From an uncultured Clostridia bacterium (GTDB lineage: Bacteria; Bacillota; Clostridia; Lachnospirales; Bianqueaceae), in assembly GCA_937892735.1 (NCBI GenBank), contig CALBGL010000066.1:226-64225 (forward strand): DNA of 64,000 bases, written 5' to 3'. How positions within the stretch are numbered: position 1 is the stretch's first letter; the number at the start of each line of letters is the position of its first letter. The notes under the pieces are model-generated. The model saw only the letters and a list, made by a program, of their open reading frames with translations, was not told the DNA's origin and made no database searches. The position numbers and the translations under genes are program-made. Of this stretch, positions 9,076 through 19,887 are shown in pieces.

Positions 9076-10355
9076 GATTTCTCCTCCTCAAGACGCAGCC
9101 TGATGGCGTTTCCATGGGCATACAATCCCTCCGACTCCGCGAAGCGAATGACGTCCGGGCCCAGCTCTTCCACACTCTGCCGGCTCATGTAGAGCAGGCT
9201 TGTCTTCTTGATGAAATCGTCCACGTTTAAGGGAGAGAAGAACCGTGCCGTCCCGCCCGTGGGCAGCACATGATTGGGACCCGCCATATAGTCGCCCATG
9301 GGTTCCGGACTATAGGATCCGACGAAGATGGCGCCTGCGTTCTGAATCCGCGGTACGATGCTCATGGGCTCCTTCGTACAGATCTCCATGTGTTCCGGCG
9401 CGTACGCATTGGCCAGCCGAATCCCTTCTTCCAGACTCTCGGTGACGATGATCATACCCCGATTCGAAAGCGCCGCCTCGATGATCTCCCTGCGCGGAGC
9501 TTCCGCCGTCTGCCGCTCCATCTCTTCCGCCACCCGATCGGCCAACTCCTGTGAAGTAGTGATTAAAATCGCGCCGGCCAATTCATCGTGTTCTGCTTGG
9601 GACAACAGATCAGCCGCCACGTAAACCGAATTCGCCGCCTCATCCGCCAGCACCAGAATCTCACTAGGGCCTGCGATGGAATCCACATTGACCTCTCCAT
9701 AGACCAGCTTCTTCGCCGTGGCCACGAAGATATTGCCCGGCCCGACGATCTTGTCCACCCGCGGAACGCTCTCGGTCCCGTAGGCGAGCGCGCCGATGGC
9801 CTGGGCGCCGCCCATCTTGAAGATCTGATCCACGCCGCATACCGATGCCGCCGCCAGAATCTTATCATCCAGCCGTCCATCCGGTCCCGGCGGAGATACC
9901 ATGATGACTTCCGGCACGCCCGCCACCTTGGCCGGCAGGACGTTCATCAGCACGGAAGAAGGGTACAGCGCCTTACCTCCGGGTACATATACGCCCACCC
10001 GCGCCAACGGACGAAAGAGCAGCCCTGTCATGGAGCCGTCCTTCTCCTGCTGGATCATGCTCTGCCGCTTTTGCATCGCATGATATGCCGTGATCCTTTC
10101 CTTGGATCGTTCCAGAATCCGTACAAATTCTTCTCCGACCCGTTCCAAAGCGCCTTGGATTTCCTCTTGACTGACCAGAAACGTTTCCGGCTTCACATGA
10201 TCAAACCGTTCCGTATACTCGGCAATCGCTGCATCTCCCCTCGCTCTGACCTGGCGCAGGATCTCCGCTACCACGCCGTCATATTGACCGCTGTCTAACT
10301 GGGTTCGGCGTAGAATATCCGACTGTCCCGTATATCGCACGCTCTCCATTCTCAT
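9072..10355 (-). CDS. hisD: histidinol dehydrogenase
   Basis: 427 aa with VYVPGG.A.YPSSVLM...IAGPSE...SQAEHD...YAPEH motifs. Confidence 0.93.
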   Translation of the reverse strand: MRMESVRYTGQSDILRRTQLDSGQYDGVVAEILRQVRARGDAAIAEYTERFDHVKPETFLVSQEEIQGALERVGEEFVRILERSKERITAYHAMQKRQSMIQQEKDGSMTGLLFRPLARVGVYVPGGKALYPSSVLMNVLPAKVAGVPEVIMVSPPGPDGRLDDKILAAASVCGVDQIFKMGGAQAIGALAYGTESVPRVDKIVGPGNIFVATAKKLVYGEVNVDSIAGPSEILVLADEAANSVYVAADLLSQAEHDELAGAILITTSQELADRVAEEMERQTAEAPRREIIEAALSNRGMIIVTESLEEGIRLANAYAPEHMEICTKEPMSIVPRIQNAGAIFVGSYSPEPMGDYMAGPNHVLPTGGTARFFSPLNVDDFIKKTSLLYMSRQSVEELGPDVIRFAESEGLYAHGNAIRLRLEEEKS

Positions 10356-11002
10356 CGTCCGTCCTCCATTCTCCTCAGGGCCTCGCTCATCTGCTGAATC
10401 AGCCCGTTGATTCTCTCCGCATGCAGTTTCATGCTGGCCTTATTCACTACCATCCGCGCCGAGATCTCCAGAAAGGCATCTAGCACCACCAGGCCATTGG
10501 CCGCAAGCGTGCTGCCTGTTTCCACAATATCAACGATCACATCCGCCAGTCCCACAATCGGCGCTAGTTCTACGGATCCATTCAGTTTCAGAATCAGGGG
10601 CTGCTGATGCCGACTCAGAAAATATCTCCGGGCAATCTCCGGGTATTTGCTGCCAACCCGAAAGTCCCCGCGCTGATTCAGCAGTCTCTTCCCCTCCGGG
10701 AATCCGGCCACGGCCATCCGGCATTTACCAAACCCCAGGTCCAGCACTTCGTATAAGTCCTTCTGCTCCTCTAAAAGCACATCCTTGCCTACGATCCCTA
10801 TATCCGCGGCGCCCTGTTCCACATATGTCGGCACATCCGCCGCCTTGGCCATGAAAAAACGCACATGATTTTCCGGATCCACGAAGACCAGCTTCCGGGA
10901 GTCCTCCGACAAGTTCTCGCAATGAATCCCGCACTGAGACAGAAGCGAAAACGTCTTCTCCGCCAGGCGTCCTTTTGTCAATGCAAACGTCAGATCACGC
11001 AT
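10352..11002 (-). CDS. hisG: ATP phosphoribosyltransferase, short (HisZ-dependent) form
   Basis: LTFALTKGRLAEK...GIVGKD...VDIVETGSTL motifs. Start at the ATG preceded by AAGGAGGT. Confidence 0.9.
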   Translation of the reverse strand: MRDLTFALTKGRLAEKTFSLLSQCGIHCENLSEDSRKLVFVDPENHVRFFMAKAADVPTYVEQGAADIGIVGKDVLLEEQKDLYEVLDLGFGKCRMAVAGFPEGKRLLNQRGDFRVGSKYPEIARRYFLSRHQQPLILKLNGSVELAPIVGLADVIVDIVETGSTLAANGLVVLDAFLEISARMVVNKASMKLHAERINGLIQQMSEALRRMEDGR

Positions 11003-12227
11003 CGGCAAGCACCTCCTTAAGCCTTTCTTCCAACTGATGACACAACCTGTCATCCTCCTTGGGATCTAACCACAAGCCCAGACGGCAGGATGCCTTCGCC
11101 TGACAGGACGCCTCAAAGCTTTCCCGATCCCTTCCAAAAAGGAGCACTACGTCTCGCCCCCCATCCCGCAGGATTCTGGCGGCCTGCAGTACCGTCCTCT
11201 CTTCCGTCCCGGAAAGAAAGATCTGCCCCGGTACCTCGGGCGCAATCCCCTGACGATTCATAGCGCTCAGCAGACTATTCATGTAAATGCCCAGTCCTAC
11301 CGATGGCCAATTCTTGGAAAACTGACGCAGAAGATCATCATACCGACCGCCGTCCAGCACATAATCCCCCGTCCCGTCCGTATATCCTTGAAATACAATG
11401 CCTGTATAATAATGCAGATCCGCCGTCATCCCCAGGTCATAGACCAGCTCCTGGCTCATTCCCTCTGCTTCGAGGAGCCGATGCAGCGCGAGCAGTCTCT
11501 CGAAAATCTGGGAGATCTCCGTAAGTCCCATCTTCTGACTATATGTATATCCCTGCTCTACCAGATCAATTCCACCGGTCTGTGCAGTCAATTCCAAGAG
11601 CGCCCGGCAGGCCTCTTCCATCTTCACCCCCGCCAGCCTCTGGTAGAGCGCCGGAAAATTCTTGCTCACCACATATTCCCGCAATTCCGCACGCAGTTCT
11701 TCCGGAAACAGACTCAAAATCTGCTCGACCAAACGGGCATGTCCCATCGCGATCTTAAATGTCGAAAGACCGGCAGCCCGGAGCGTTTCCACGGCAATCT
11801 CCACCATCTCTGCATCGGCCAGTACTGAATCGGCTCCGATCAATTCCACACCGGTCTGCCGCAGTTCCCGCTCCTTAGCGGAGTACCGGCTGTTATACCG
11901 AAATGTACTGCCTGTCATACAGATACGGCAAGGCAGATCTTCCTCTGTCAGATACGTTGTCGCAACCCGTGCCGCTGCGGGCGTCAGGTCGGGCCGCAAC
12001 ACCAGAAGTTCCCCATCCCGATCCACAAATTTGTACATATCTACCGGAGCAATACTTCCCCGTTCCTCATCATATACCTTCAGATACTCCACTGTAGGCG
12101 TCTCCACGTCCTGATACCCATAACGCCTAAATACCCGCTGAATCCGCTCAAGCAGCACACGATGCTGTGCAGCCTCCGCAAATAAACGATCCCTAAATCC
12201 ATAGGGCGTATACATCTCCTGCAGCAT
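10995..12227 (-). CDS. hisZ: ATP phosphoribosyltransferase regulatory subunit (HisRS paralog)
   Basis: Class II aaRS-like fold (GFRD...YRYQ-like...RELRQTGVELIG) directly upstream of short-form hisG. Start at MLQEMYTP (ATG 12227), preceded by AAAGGAG. The longer ORF would run through rpmF and its terminator. Confidence 0.85.
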   Translation of the reverse strand: MLQEMYTPYGFRDRLFAEAAQHRVLLERIQRVFRRYGYQDVETPTVEYLKVYDEERGSIAPVDMYKFVDRDGELLVLRPDLTPAAARVATTYLTEEDLPCRICMTGSTFRYNSRYSAKERELRQTGVELIGADSVLADAEMVEIAVETLRAAGLSTFKIAMGHARLVEQILSLFPEELRAELREYVVSKNFPALYQRLAGVKMEEACRALLELTAQTGGIDLVEQGYTYSQKMGLTEISQIFERLLALHRLLEAEGMSQELVYDLGMTADLHYYTGIVFQGYTDGTGDYVLDGGRYDDLLRQFSKNWPSVGLGIYMNSLLSAMNRQGIAPEVPGQIFLSGTEERTVLQAARILRDGGRDVVLLFGRDRESFEASCQAKASCRLGLWLDPKEDDRLCHQLEERLKEVLADA

Positions 12228-12254
12228 CCGATTTTCTCCTTTCATTTCAGATAC

Positions 12255-12303
12255 AAAAACCCCGGAACAAAGAAGAACCTTACGATCCTCTCTGATTCCG
12301 GGG
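12255..12303 (-). terminator. hairpin plus U-tract after rpmF
   Basis: Reverse strand shows CCCCGGAA...TTCCGGGG followed by TTTTT. It ends about 20 nt before the hisZ SD. Confidence 0.65.
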
Positions 12304-12322
12304 CTTTCGCGTTTAGACATAA

Positions 12323-12511
12323 TCAGTCTTCGGCAACTTGTACAACCTGTCTCTTGTTGTAAGTGCCGCAATTCTTGCACATACGGTGAGGCATAATCAA
12401 CGCGCCACACTTGCTGCACTTCGCAAGGCTGGGCGTAGAAAGCTTCCAATTCGCCTTTCTCTTATCGCGTCTTGCCTTGGAAACCTTACCCTTCGGACCA
12501 ATTGCTCCCAT
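12323..12511 (-). CDS. rpmF: 50S ribosomal protein L32
   Basis: 62 aa with KVSKARRDKRKA and CxxC...CxxC zinc-ribbon motifs. AGGAGGT SD. Confidence 0.9.
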   Translation of the reverse strand: MGAIGPKGKVSKARRDKRKANWKLSTPSLAKCSKCGALIMPHRMCKNCGTYNKRQVVQVAED

Positions 12512-12514
12512 TCT

Positions 12515-13060
12515 TTACACCTCCTGCTCCATTCCATGTCTATCTTGATTCTGCAGCAAACTCTTTAATGCGTCCCAGCGAGGATCTTCTTCCCGCAAGT
12601 CGCAGCCGCAGGGCCCTTCATTCAAGTTGTGACCGCATTTCGGACACAGCCCCTTGCAGTCCTCTCGACACAACACCTTCATGGGAATGCCCAAGCGGAT
12701 CTCATTGACAACGAAGTCTGACAGATCCAGGCGATATTCCGAGAAAATCTCTGCCTCCTCATCCGGCTCAGCCGTACCCAGTCCCTCCGCCGGAATAAAT
12801 CTCTGCGAAAACTCAGGTGTGAGGGGAACCTCCACATCGGTCATACAGCGACTGCAGGGCATCTTCACGGTCAGACGAACCGCCCCTCGAAACTCCAACA
12901 CACTCCCCTCCACATTCCGAATCTTCCCTTGTACTACCGGAGGCTGTACAATCGGAATCTCTTCTTTGCCGAAAGAAATGGACGGAAGATCCAAGGTCTC
13001 TTCCACCGTGATCACAATCCGGGGATCCGCTAAAATATCGCGAACATTGTATTGCAGCAT
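12515..13060 (-). CDS. yceD: YceD/DUF177 family ribosome-associated protein
   Basis: Conserved position upstream of rpmF and a C-terminal CxxxCxGLCPxCGxNLN motif. Start at the ATG preceded by AAGGGGAGGG. Confidence 0.85.
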   Translation of the reverse strand: MLQYNVRDILADPRIVITVEETLDLPSISFGKEEIPIVQPPVVQGKIRNVEGSVLEFRGAVRLTVKMPCSRCMTDVEVPLTPEFSQRFIPAEGLGTAEPDEEAEIFSEYRLDLSDFVVNEIRLGIPMKVLCREDCKGLCPKCGHNLNEGPCGCDLREEDPRWDALKSLLQNQDRHGMEQEV

Positions 13061-13091
13061 GGATATCCCTCCCCTTTGAGTCACTCATATT

Positions 13092-13120
13092 ATTATATAT
13101 GCCTAGATCGGTTTTGTCAA
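13092..13120 (-). promoter_or_regulatory. sigma-A type promoter for yceD-rpmF
   Basis: Reverse strand reads TTGACA, 17 nt, TATAAT. Confidence 0.65.
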
Positions 13121-13128
13121 CTGTTTTT

Positions 13129-14292
13129 TTAATTTTTCAGTCCTTCTAACAAATCACCCAGATGCGTAGCCGCCTCCTGCGTATCTGCCTGATACCCCCG
13201 GTAATCCGCCTGCTCTTCTTCTGCCTGATTCTCCATCGCCGCATCCTTCATGCTCAAGGAAATCCGGTGCTGAGCGGCATCGATCGAAAGTACCTTGACG
13301 GAAACCTCCTGTTCCACCTTCACCACGTCATTCGGTGTCCGCACGCGTTTATCACTCATCCGAGACACATGTACAAACCCCTCCAGCCCCGGCGCGATCT
13401 CCACAAACGCGCCGCTGTCGATGACCTTCACCACAGTACCGGTGACAATCTGTCCCTCTGTAACAGGAATATTCTTCCACGGATTCGCGTTGATATCCCG
13501 CAGACTCAATCCGATACGACCTCGCGCCGGATCCACACTGAGCACCGTCACCTGCACCAGATCTCCTACCTTCACCAGCTCGGCCGGATCCTTCACCCGT
13601 CTCCAGGACATATCGTTCACATGAATCAGACCGTCCACATACGGCGCGATCTCCACAAACGCGCCAAACTTGGTCAGGCGCACCACCTTCCCCGTCAGAG
13701 AATCGCCCTGACTGAGCGTCGTATACAGGCTTTCCCTCGCCTCTTCGGCCTCTTTCTTTTCTATCGCCCTATGGCTGACAACCAGATTCTTTTTCTCTTC
13801 ATTCACCTCGATAATCTGCGCCGTCAGAACCTGTCCCACATAGATTTCCAGATTGTCCATCCGTTCCATGCTCACCTGCGACGCCGGCATAAAACCCTCC
13901 ACCGTCTTATAGACAATGCGCAGGCCACCGTTGACGACTTTCTTTACCTTGACGTCAATCGGCGTCTCTTCTGCTGCCAGCTTGGCCAGATCCTCCCAGA
14001 TGACCACCCTGTCCGCCTGTTTTCTGGACAGATGGATCTGACCTTCCTGGGTATCCACGAACCATACCATCGCCTTAATTGTATCGCCTACCTGATAATC
14101 CTCGTAGGATTCTCCATCATACAGCAGATCCTCCACACTGATCACGCCATCCATATAGGAAGATACATCGACCAGAAGACCCTTCTCATCCTTGCTGATG
14201 ATTTTCCCCTCCAGGATATCTCCGTTATTGACTCTTTCGAAGGACTGTTCCAGCGCCGCCGCAAAGTCCTCCATGCTGAAATTTTCTTCCAT
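13129..14292 (-). CDS. S1 RNA-binding domain protein (30S ribosomal protein S1-like, four S1 domains)
   Basis: Four repeats of the G..v.G.V......GafV.. S1 pattern. Start at MEENF, preceded by GAGGGAGAG. Confidence 0.85.
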   Translation of the reverse strand: MEENFSMEDFAAALEQSFERVNNGDILEGKIISKDEKGLLVDVSSYMDGVISVEDLLYDGESYEDYQVGDTIKAMVWFVDTQEGQIHLSRKQADRVVIWEDLAKLAAEETPIDVKVKKVVNGGLRIVYKTVEGFMPASQVSMERMDNLEIYVGQVLTAQIIEVNEEKKNLVVSHRAIEKKEAEEARESLYTTLSQGDSLTGKVVRLTKFGAFVEIAPYVDGLIHVNDMSWRRVKDPAELVKVGDLVQVTVLSVDPARGRIGLSLRDINANPWKNIPVTEGQIVTGTVVKVIDSGAFVEIAPGLEGFVHVSRMSDKRVRTPNDVVKVEQEVSVKVLSIDAAQHRISLSMKDAAMENQAEEEQADYRGYQADTQEAATHLGDLLEGLKN

Positions 14293-14306
14293 TCTCTCTC
14301 CCTCAA

Positions 14307-15527
14307 TCACCCATGATATTTTTTCGCCAGTAACCGGAAACTTTCCAGTGAGTCTTCCACCGTCTTACGAGATACGCAGAACGCTAGGCGAAAATATCCA
14401 GGCCCCATGAAAGTGCTGCCGGGTACAATCAACAGCCGAAACTCCTTGGCTGCCGCGCAAAACGCCTTATCATCCGCTTCCATACTCTTAGGGAACATAT
14501 AAAACGCCCCCTGTGGCTCGATGAACTCGTATCCCATATCCGCCAGTTCCTTGCATAAAATGTTTCGATTCTCCACATAAACGCTCATATCGGACACCTC
14601 GTCTACACAGCGTCCAATCACACGCTGAAACAGCGAAGGCGCATTGACATACCCCAGAATTCGATTGGCCACAGAAGCCGCCGCCGCGGTCTCTTCGAAA
14701 TTCTCCATCTCAGATGGAATCACCAGATATCCGATTCTTTCTCCCGGCAAAGACAGGGACTTGCTATAGGAATACCCCACGAAAGTGTTCTTGTAATATT
14801 TCGTCAGATACGGTACCTCCTGCCCGCCGTATACGATCTCACGGTACGGCTCATCCGAAATCAGATAAATGGCATGTCCATACTCCACTGATTTTGTCTC
14901 CAATAAATCGGCCAGAGCTTTGATTTCCTGTTCTGTATACACCACACCTGTGGGGTTATTGGGTGAATTGATGATCACAGCCTTCGTTTGAGCGGTGATC
15001 TTGGGCTCCGCGGCTCTTAGATTCATCGAAAATCGAATGGGATCCGGTTCTACAACGACTGGAACGCCGTCAAAATTACTGATATAATTATTATACTCTC
15101 CAAAATACGGCGCAAAGAGCAACACCTCGTCCCCGGGCTCCAGAATCGTTTTCAGCGCCACATTCAGGCCGCCGGCCGCCCCCACTGTCATGACCAGATT
15201 TTCCTTGGCAAACTGTGTGCCGAAACGGCGATTCAGCGACGCCGCAATGCTCTCCCGCACATCTTCATATCCAGAATTACTCATGTAGCCATGCACCATG
15301 AGCTCCGGCTCCTTCATCAGAATATCCACCGCAGCCTTCCGTACCGATTCCGGGGGAGGCGTACACGGATTGCCCAGAGAGAAGTCGTACACGTTTTCGG
15401 CGCCGTAGATCGCCGCCATCTTTTTGCCTTCCTCGAACATCGCCCGAATCGCCGAACCATTCGCCACGAGCGATTGCATCTTCTTAGAAATCAAACTCTT
15501 CACCTCTTCCTTACAGAATAATGACAT
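14307..15527 (-). CDS. pyridoxal-phosphate-dependent aminotransferase, class I (AspC/aromatic family)
   Basis: YDFSLGNP...NSPNNPTG...SYSKSLSLPGERIGY motifs. The start is uncertain (ATG 15527 or 15479); the long ORF would overlap trpA. Confidence 0.8.
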   Translation of the reverse strand: MSLFCKEEVKSLISKKMQSLVANGSAIRAMFEEGKKMAAIYGAENVYDFSLGNPCTPPPESVRKAAVDILMKEPELMVHGYMSNSGYEDVRESIAASLNRRFGTQFAKENLVMTVGAAGGLNVALKTILEPGDEVLLFAPYFGEYNNYISNFDGVPVVVEPDPIRFSMNLRAAEPKITAQTKAVIINSPNNPTGVVYTEQEIKALADLLETKSVEYGHAIYLISDEPYREIVYGGQEVPYLTKYYKNTFVGYSYSKSLSLPGERIGYLVIPSEMENFEETAAAASVANRILGYVNAPSLFQRVIGRCVDEVSDMSVYVENRNILCKELADMGYEFIEPQGAFYMFPKSMEADDKAFCAAAKEFRLLIVPGSTFMGPGYFRLAFCVSRKTVEDSLESFRLLAKKYHG

Positions 15528-15559
15528 GATACAACATTCCCTGCATTCTGTCAATGCCC

Positions 15560-16330
15560 TTAGCGAATCGCGTTCTTCATCCGATGTACGTATTCTCTCA
15601 CATAGGGAACAGCCCCTGCACCATGGGCCGCGCATAGCTTCACGATGGCAGACCCTACAATAACGCCGTCGCTCTGCGCTGCCATCTGCGCTGCCTGGTC
15701 CGGCGTGGAGATACCAAAGCCAACCACGCAGGGGATCTTCTTCTCTTTCTTGACCAGATCCACCATTTCCCGAATATTAGTCTTGATCTCGCGCCGGCTT
15801 CCCGTCACACCCATAGAGGAGACGCAATACACAAACCCCTCTGCATCCCGCGCGATCGTCCGAATTCGATCGTGGGATGTGGGAGTGATCAGCGAGATCA
15901 GGTCGATGCCATGCTGTCTACAGGGTATGTCAAATTCCTCCTTCTCCTCATAGGGCACATCCGGCAGGATCAGCGCGTCCATCCCCAACTCGCTGGCTGT
16001 CTGAATAAAGCGTTCGGTTCCATAGGAAAAGACCACATTCGCGTAGGTCATAAAGGCCATCGGAATCCGCGTATGCTTTCGAATGTTTTCTACCATGGCA
16101 AAAATCCGATCCGTCGTCACGCCGCCGGAGAGCGCCCGCACGTTAGCCTCCTGAATCACCGGGCCCTCCGCCGTCGGATCCGAAAAGGGAATGCCAAGCT
16201 CGATCAGATCTGCCCCGGCTTCCTCCATGGCATATACCAGCTGCTCCGTCACAGAAAGCGTCGGATCCCCGCAGGTGATAAAGGGAATGAAAACCTTCCC
16301 CTCCGTAAAAGCTCTTGCTGTATTACTCAT
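15560..16330 (-). CDS. trpA: tryptophan synthase alpha chain
   Basis: [10 protein letters not shown]...[17 protein letters not shown]...GFGIS motifs. Start ATG preceded by GGGGGGAGG; it overlaps the trpB end by 8 nt. Confidence 0.92.
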   Translation of the reverse strand: MSNTARAFTEGKVFIPFITCGDPTLSVTEQLVYAMEEAGADLIELGIPFSDPTAEGPVIQEANVRALSGGVTTDRIFAMVENIRKHTRIPMAFMTYANVVFSYGTERFIQTASELGMDALILPDVPYEEKEEFDIPCRQHGIDLISLITPTSHDRIRTIARDAEGFVYCVSSMGVTGSRREIKTNIREMVDLVKKEKKIPCVVGFGISTPDQAAQMAAQSDGVIVGSAIVKLCAAHGAGAVPYVREYVHRMKNAIR

Positions 16331-17507
16331 ATAGATCCTCCCCCCTATAGCGCGCAATCGCGGCGCAGTCCTTGTCGCCTCGCCCCGACAATGTGATGAC
16401 GATGATCTGATCCCGCCGCATCTGAGGCGCCAGCTTTCTGGCATAGGCTACCGCGTGCGCGCTTTCGATCGCAGGAATAATCCCTTCCAGTCGGGACAGA
16501 TACTCAAACGCCGATACGGCCTCCTCATCGGTGATCGCCACATATTCCGCACGGCCCCGATCATACAGATCGGCATGTTCCGGGCCGATTCCCGGATAGT
16601 CCAGTCCTGCCGAAATCGAATACACGGGAGCGATCTGTCCGTACGTATCCTGACAGAAATAGGATTTCATCCCATGGAAGATCCCCAAACGTCCCGTGGC
16701 AATCGTAGCGGCTGTCTCCGCCGTATTCACGCCACGGCCCGCCGCCTCACATCCGATCAGTCGAACCGTCTCGTCTTCTATGAAATGATAAAAAGTACCG
16801 ATGGCATTGGAACCGCCACCTACACAGGCTAATACCGCGTCGGGCAGTTTCCCTTCCTTTTCCAGGAGCTGTGCCTTGATCTCCTTGCTAATGACTGCCT
16901 GAAAATCCCGTACAATCATCGGAAACGGGTGCGGCCCCATGCAGGACCCCAGTACGTAGTGTGTATCTTCCACTCTTCGAGTCCATTCCCGCATAGTTTC
17001 TGACACCGCGTCCTTCAGCGTCCCCGTTCCGGTGCTGACCGAATGCACCTTAGCGCCCAAAAGGCGCATCCGATACACGTTGAGCGCCTGTCTCTCGGTA
17101 TCTTCTTTCCCCATGAAGACCTCACACTCCATGCCAAACATGGCGGCGGTCGTGGCGGTGGCGACACCGTGCTGCCCCGCGCCCGTCTCCGCGATCAGAC
17201 GCGTCTTCCCCATGCGCCTTGCCAGAAGCGCCTGTCCCAGCACATTATTGATCTTGTGTGCTCCTGTATGATTCAAATCCTCCCGCTTCAGATAGATCTT
17301 GGCGCCCCCCAGATCCTCCGTCATCCGCTTCGCATAATACAGCCTGGAGGGCCTGCCTGCATATTCATTCAGTAATTCCGTGAGCTCCCTTTGAAACCCC
17401 GAATCGTTCTTATAGGTCTCATACGCCTCTTCCAGCTCCAGCACCGCATTCATCAGGGTCTCCGGGATATACTGGCCTCCATGGATCCCATACCTTCCTT
17501 TACTCAT
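16323..17507 (-). CDS. trpB: tryptophan synthase beta chain
   Basis: [16 protein letters not shown]...[11 protein letters not shown]...GGGSNAIG motifs. Confidence 0.94.
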   Translation of the reverse strand: MSKGRYGIHGGQYIPETLMNAVLELEEAYETYKNDSGFQRELTELLNEYAGRPSRLYYAKRMTEDLGGAKIYLKREDLNHTGAHKINNVLGQALLARRMGKTRLIAETGAGQHGVATATTAAMFGMECEVFMGKEDTERQALNVYRMRLLGAKVHSVSTGTGTLKDAVSETMREWTRRVEDTHYVLGSCMGPHPFPMIVRDFQAVISKEIKAQLLEKEGKLPDAVLACVGGGSNAIGTFYHFIEDETVRLIGCEAAGRGVNTAETAATIATGRLGIFHGMKSYFCQDTYGQIAPVYSISAGLDYPGIGPEHADLYDRGRAEYVAITDEEAVSAFEYLSRLEGIIPAIESAHAVAYARKLAPQMRRDQIIVITLSGRGDKDCAAIARYRGEDLYE

Positions 17508-18105
17508 GCTCTTCTCTCTCCTTTTTCCGTACACTTTCCACCAATTGACACATCTTCTCCGGATCCTTATATCCGTCGGTCTCCACACCGCTGGATACAT
17601 CGATGCCATAGGCATCCGTCCCGAGTGCCTCCGTCAGGTTATGCAGCCCGATTCCGCCTGCCAGAAAATAGGGCTTATCGAGCTTCGGCAGTTTCGTCCA
17701 GTCAAAGCTGCGCCCCGTGCCGCCGGCACCCTCATCAATCAGGAGAAAATCGGCTTCCGTGTGATCCCACGCTAACGCCTCTTCCACATGAACCGCTTTG
17801 ATCACGCCAAGCCCACAAATGTCACGTACTCGCCGCACCGTCTCCGGACTTTCCTGTCCATGCAGCTGTATCAGATCCAACTGGCAATACTCTGCGATCT
17901 CACGTATCGTCTCCGCTTCCTCATTGACAAATACACCAACTGTCCGAATCCACGGCGACAGCACCGTGCGCATCTCGGCCGCCTGCACCGGCGGCACCTG
18001 CCGGCGGCTCTTTGCAAATACAAACCCGACATAGTCCGGCATCGCACGATTGGCCGCCATCGCGTCCGCGATCCGAAACAGTCCGCAGATCTTAACCTTC
18101 GCCAT
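17500..18105 (-). CDS. trpF: phosphoribosylanthranilate isomerase
   Basis: KVKICGL...DYVGFVF...QLHG motifs; 201 aa. Confidence 0.9.
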   Translation of the reverse strand: MAKVKICGLFRIADAMAANRAMPDYVGFVFAKSRRQVPPVQAAEMRTVLSPWIRTVGVFVNEEAETIREIAEYCQLDLIQLHGQESPETVRRVRDICGLGVIKAVHVEEALAWDHTEADFLLIDEGAGGTGRSFDWTKLPKLDKPYFLAGGIGLHNLTEALGTDAYGIDVSSGVETDGYKDPEKMCQLVESVRKKEREEHE

Positions 18106-18880
18106 ATAGAAGCCTCCTGATGGCGCTGGCAGGGTCTTGGTCCCGCATCAGTGTCTCTCCTACCAGAATCCCTGAAGCGCCCCATTCTTGGCATCGTCTC
18201 ACATCCTCGTGACTGCGGATGCCGCTTTCCGATATCCAGATCGTGCCTTTCGGAATCCTCCGACAAAGCCGTTCTGAAGTCTTAAGGTCCACCTGAAAAC
18301 TCGCAAGATCCCGGTTATTGATGCCGATGATGCGCGCTCCCGCCTGTACAGCTCTATGAATTTCCTCTTCGGAATGTGTCTCCACCAGCGCATCCAGCCC
18401 CAGCGAATGTGCCAGCCGCAGGAATGAGGCCAGTTCCTGGTCATTCAGGATCGCGCAGATCAGAAGCACCGCGGCCGCTCCCATCTGTCTCGCTTCGTAG
18501 ATCATATATGGATCGATCACGAAATCCTTGCGCAATACCGGTAACGACACGGTCTGTGTAATCTCCTGTAAGTACCTGTCTTCTCCCAGAAAGAAATGGG
18601 GTTCTGTCAGGCAGGAAATCGCGGCGGCTCCGCCTTTTTCATAGGCTCTCGCGATCTCCAGATACGGAAAATCCGGCGAGATCATCCCTTTCGACGGAGA
18701 GGCCTTCTTCACCTCGCAGATCATGGCCATCTCCTCTTTGCAAAGCGCTTCGAAGAAGGAGGGGCCAAGGTACGGCCCCATCTTTTCCACCTGTCTTTCC
18801 AATTTCTCCGGGCTCACCCGCTTCTTTCTCTCCTCGATCCGTTCTCTGGTTTTTTCTGTGATGATTTTCAATTGATTCAT
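18092..18880 (-). CDS. trpC: indole-3-glycerol phosphate synthase
   Basis: [12 protein letters not shown]...LRKDF...INNRDL...SESGI motifs. Start at MNQLKII, with ATGA overlap on the trpD stop. Confidence 0.9.
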   Translation of the reverse strand: MNQLKIITEKTRERIEERKKRVSPEKLERQVEKMGPYLGPSFFEALCKEEMAMICEVKKASPSKGMISPDFPYLEIARAYEKGGAAAISCLTEPHFFLGEDRYLQEITQTVSLPVLRKDFVIDPYMIYEARQMGAAAVLLICAILNDQELASFLRLAHSLGLDALVETHSEEEIHRAVQAGARIIGINNRDLASFQVDLKTSERLCRRIPKGTIWISESGIRSHEDVRRCQEWGASGILVGETLMRDQDPASAIRRLLYGEG

Positions 18881-19887
18881 TGATGACTCTCCCTGATAAA
18901 GGATTCCAATTTTTCCATGGCCTTTCCCGTATCGATCAGACCTTCTGCCATCCGCACGCCTTCTTCCATCGTTGTCACTTTGCCCGTGATGTAGATGGCT
19001 GCACCAGCGTTCAGACACACCGCCTGCCGTTTCGCCCCCTGATCCTTACCAGACAGGATATCCCGTGTGATCTGTGCGTTTTCCTTCGGATCTCCGCCCT
19101 GAAGTTCCTCTTTCTCACAACTCGTATAGCCAAACTGTTCCGGTGTAATCTGGTAGGAATGAAACGCGCCGTCTCGTATCTCGCAGACGGAAGTGGGTGC
19201 GCTCATCGAGATCTCATCCAGCCTATCCTGGCCATAGACTACCATACCTTTCGTAACTCCCATGTTTTTCATGACCCGAGCCAGCGGCTCTACCAGTGTC
19301 TCCTCGCAGACGCCCATGAGCTCCATATTGGCGCCAGCTGGGTTGGACAGGGGACCCAGTATATTGAAGACCGTACGAATCCCCAATTCCTTCCGGATGG
19401 GCGCCACATACTTCATAGCGATATGATAGTTCTGAGCAAACAGGAAGCAGATGCCGATGTCGTGCAGCATCTGTGTGCTTTGCTCCGGCGGCAAGGTGAT
19501 GCAGACTCCCAAGGCCTCCAGGACGTCCGCAGCGCCGCATCGGGAAGAGGCGGCCCGGTTGCCATGTTTCGCCACGGGGATCCCGGCCGCGGCAATCACC
19601 AGGGAAGATGTGGTCGAAATATTAAAGGAATTCGCGCCGTCGCCTCCGGTTCCTACGATCTCCAGCACATCCATGTCGTGCAGCAGACGGATGCAGTGTG
19701 CGCGCATCCCGGCCGCCGACGCCGTGATCTCTTCGATCGTCTCTCCCTTCATGGAAAGGGCTGTCAGATAGGAAGACATCTGCACAGGGCTCGCCTCTCC
19801 GCTCATAATCTCATTCATCACCTGTTCTGCCTCCGTATAAGACAGGTCCTCCCTCCTAGCTAATTTCAAAATGGCTTCTCGAATCAT
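18877..19887 (-). CDS. trpD: anthranilate phosphoribosyltransferase
   Basis: [15 protein letters not shown]...KHGNRA.SS..G.AD motifs. Confidence 0.93.
   Translation of the reverse strand: MIREAILKLARREDLSYTEAEQVMNEIMSGEASPVQMSSYLTALSMKGETIEEITASAAGMRAHCIRLLHDMDVLEIVGTGGDGANSFNISTTSSLVIAAAGIPVAKHGNRAASSRCGAADVLEALGVCITLPPEQSTQMLHDIGICFLFAQNYHIAMKYVAPIRKELGIRTVFNILGPLSNPAGANMELMGVCEETLVEPLARVMKNMGVTKGMVVYGQDRLDEISMSAPTSVCEIRDGAFHSYQITPEQFGYTSCEKEELQGGDPKENAQITRDILSGKDQGAKRQAVCLNAGAAIYITGKVTTMEEGVRMAEGLIDTGKAMEKLESFIRESHQ

Noticed and set aside
10995-12449. 484-aa version of the hisZ ORF extending upstream.
   Set aside because: The extension runs through the rpmF terminator hairpin and overlaps rpmF in another frame. 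The conserved HisZ sequence starts at MLQEMYTP, which has a good SD.
13162-14316. 384-aa plus-strand ORF. Similar long plus-strand ORFs lie at 8212-9192, 18880-19863, 58840-59913, 31255-32166, 9588-10298, 57353-58144 and 41344-42063.
   Set aside because: Each lies antisense to a minus-strand gene with clear family motifs. Their translations are R/H/L/I-rich, lack recognisable motifs and have no SD. They are typical shadow ORFs.
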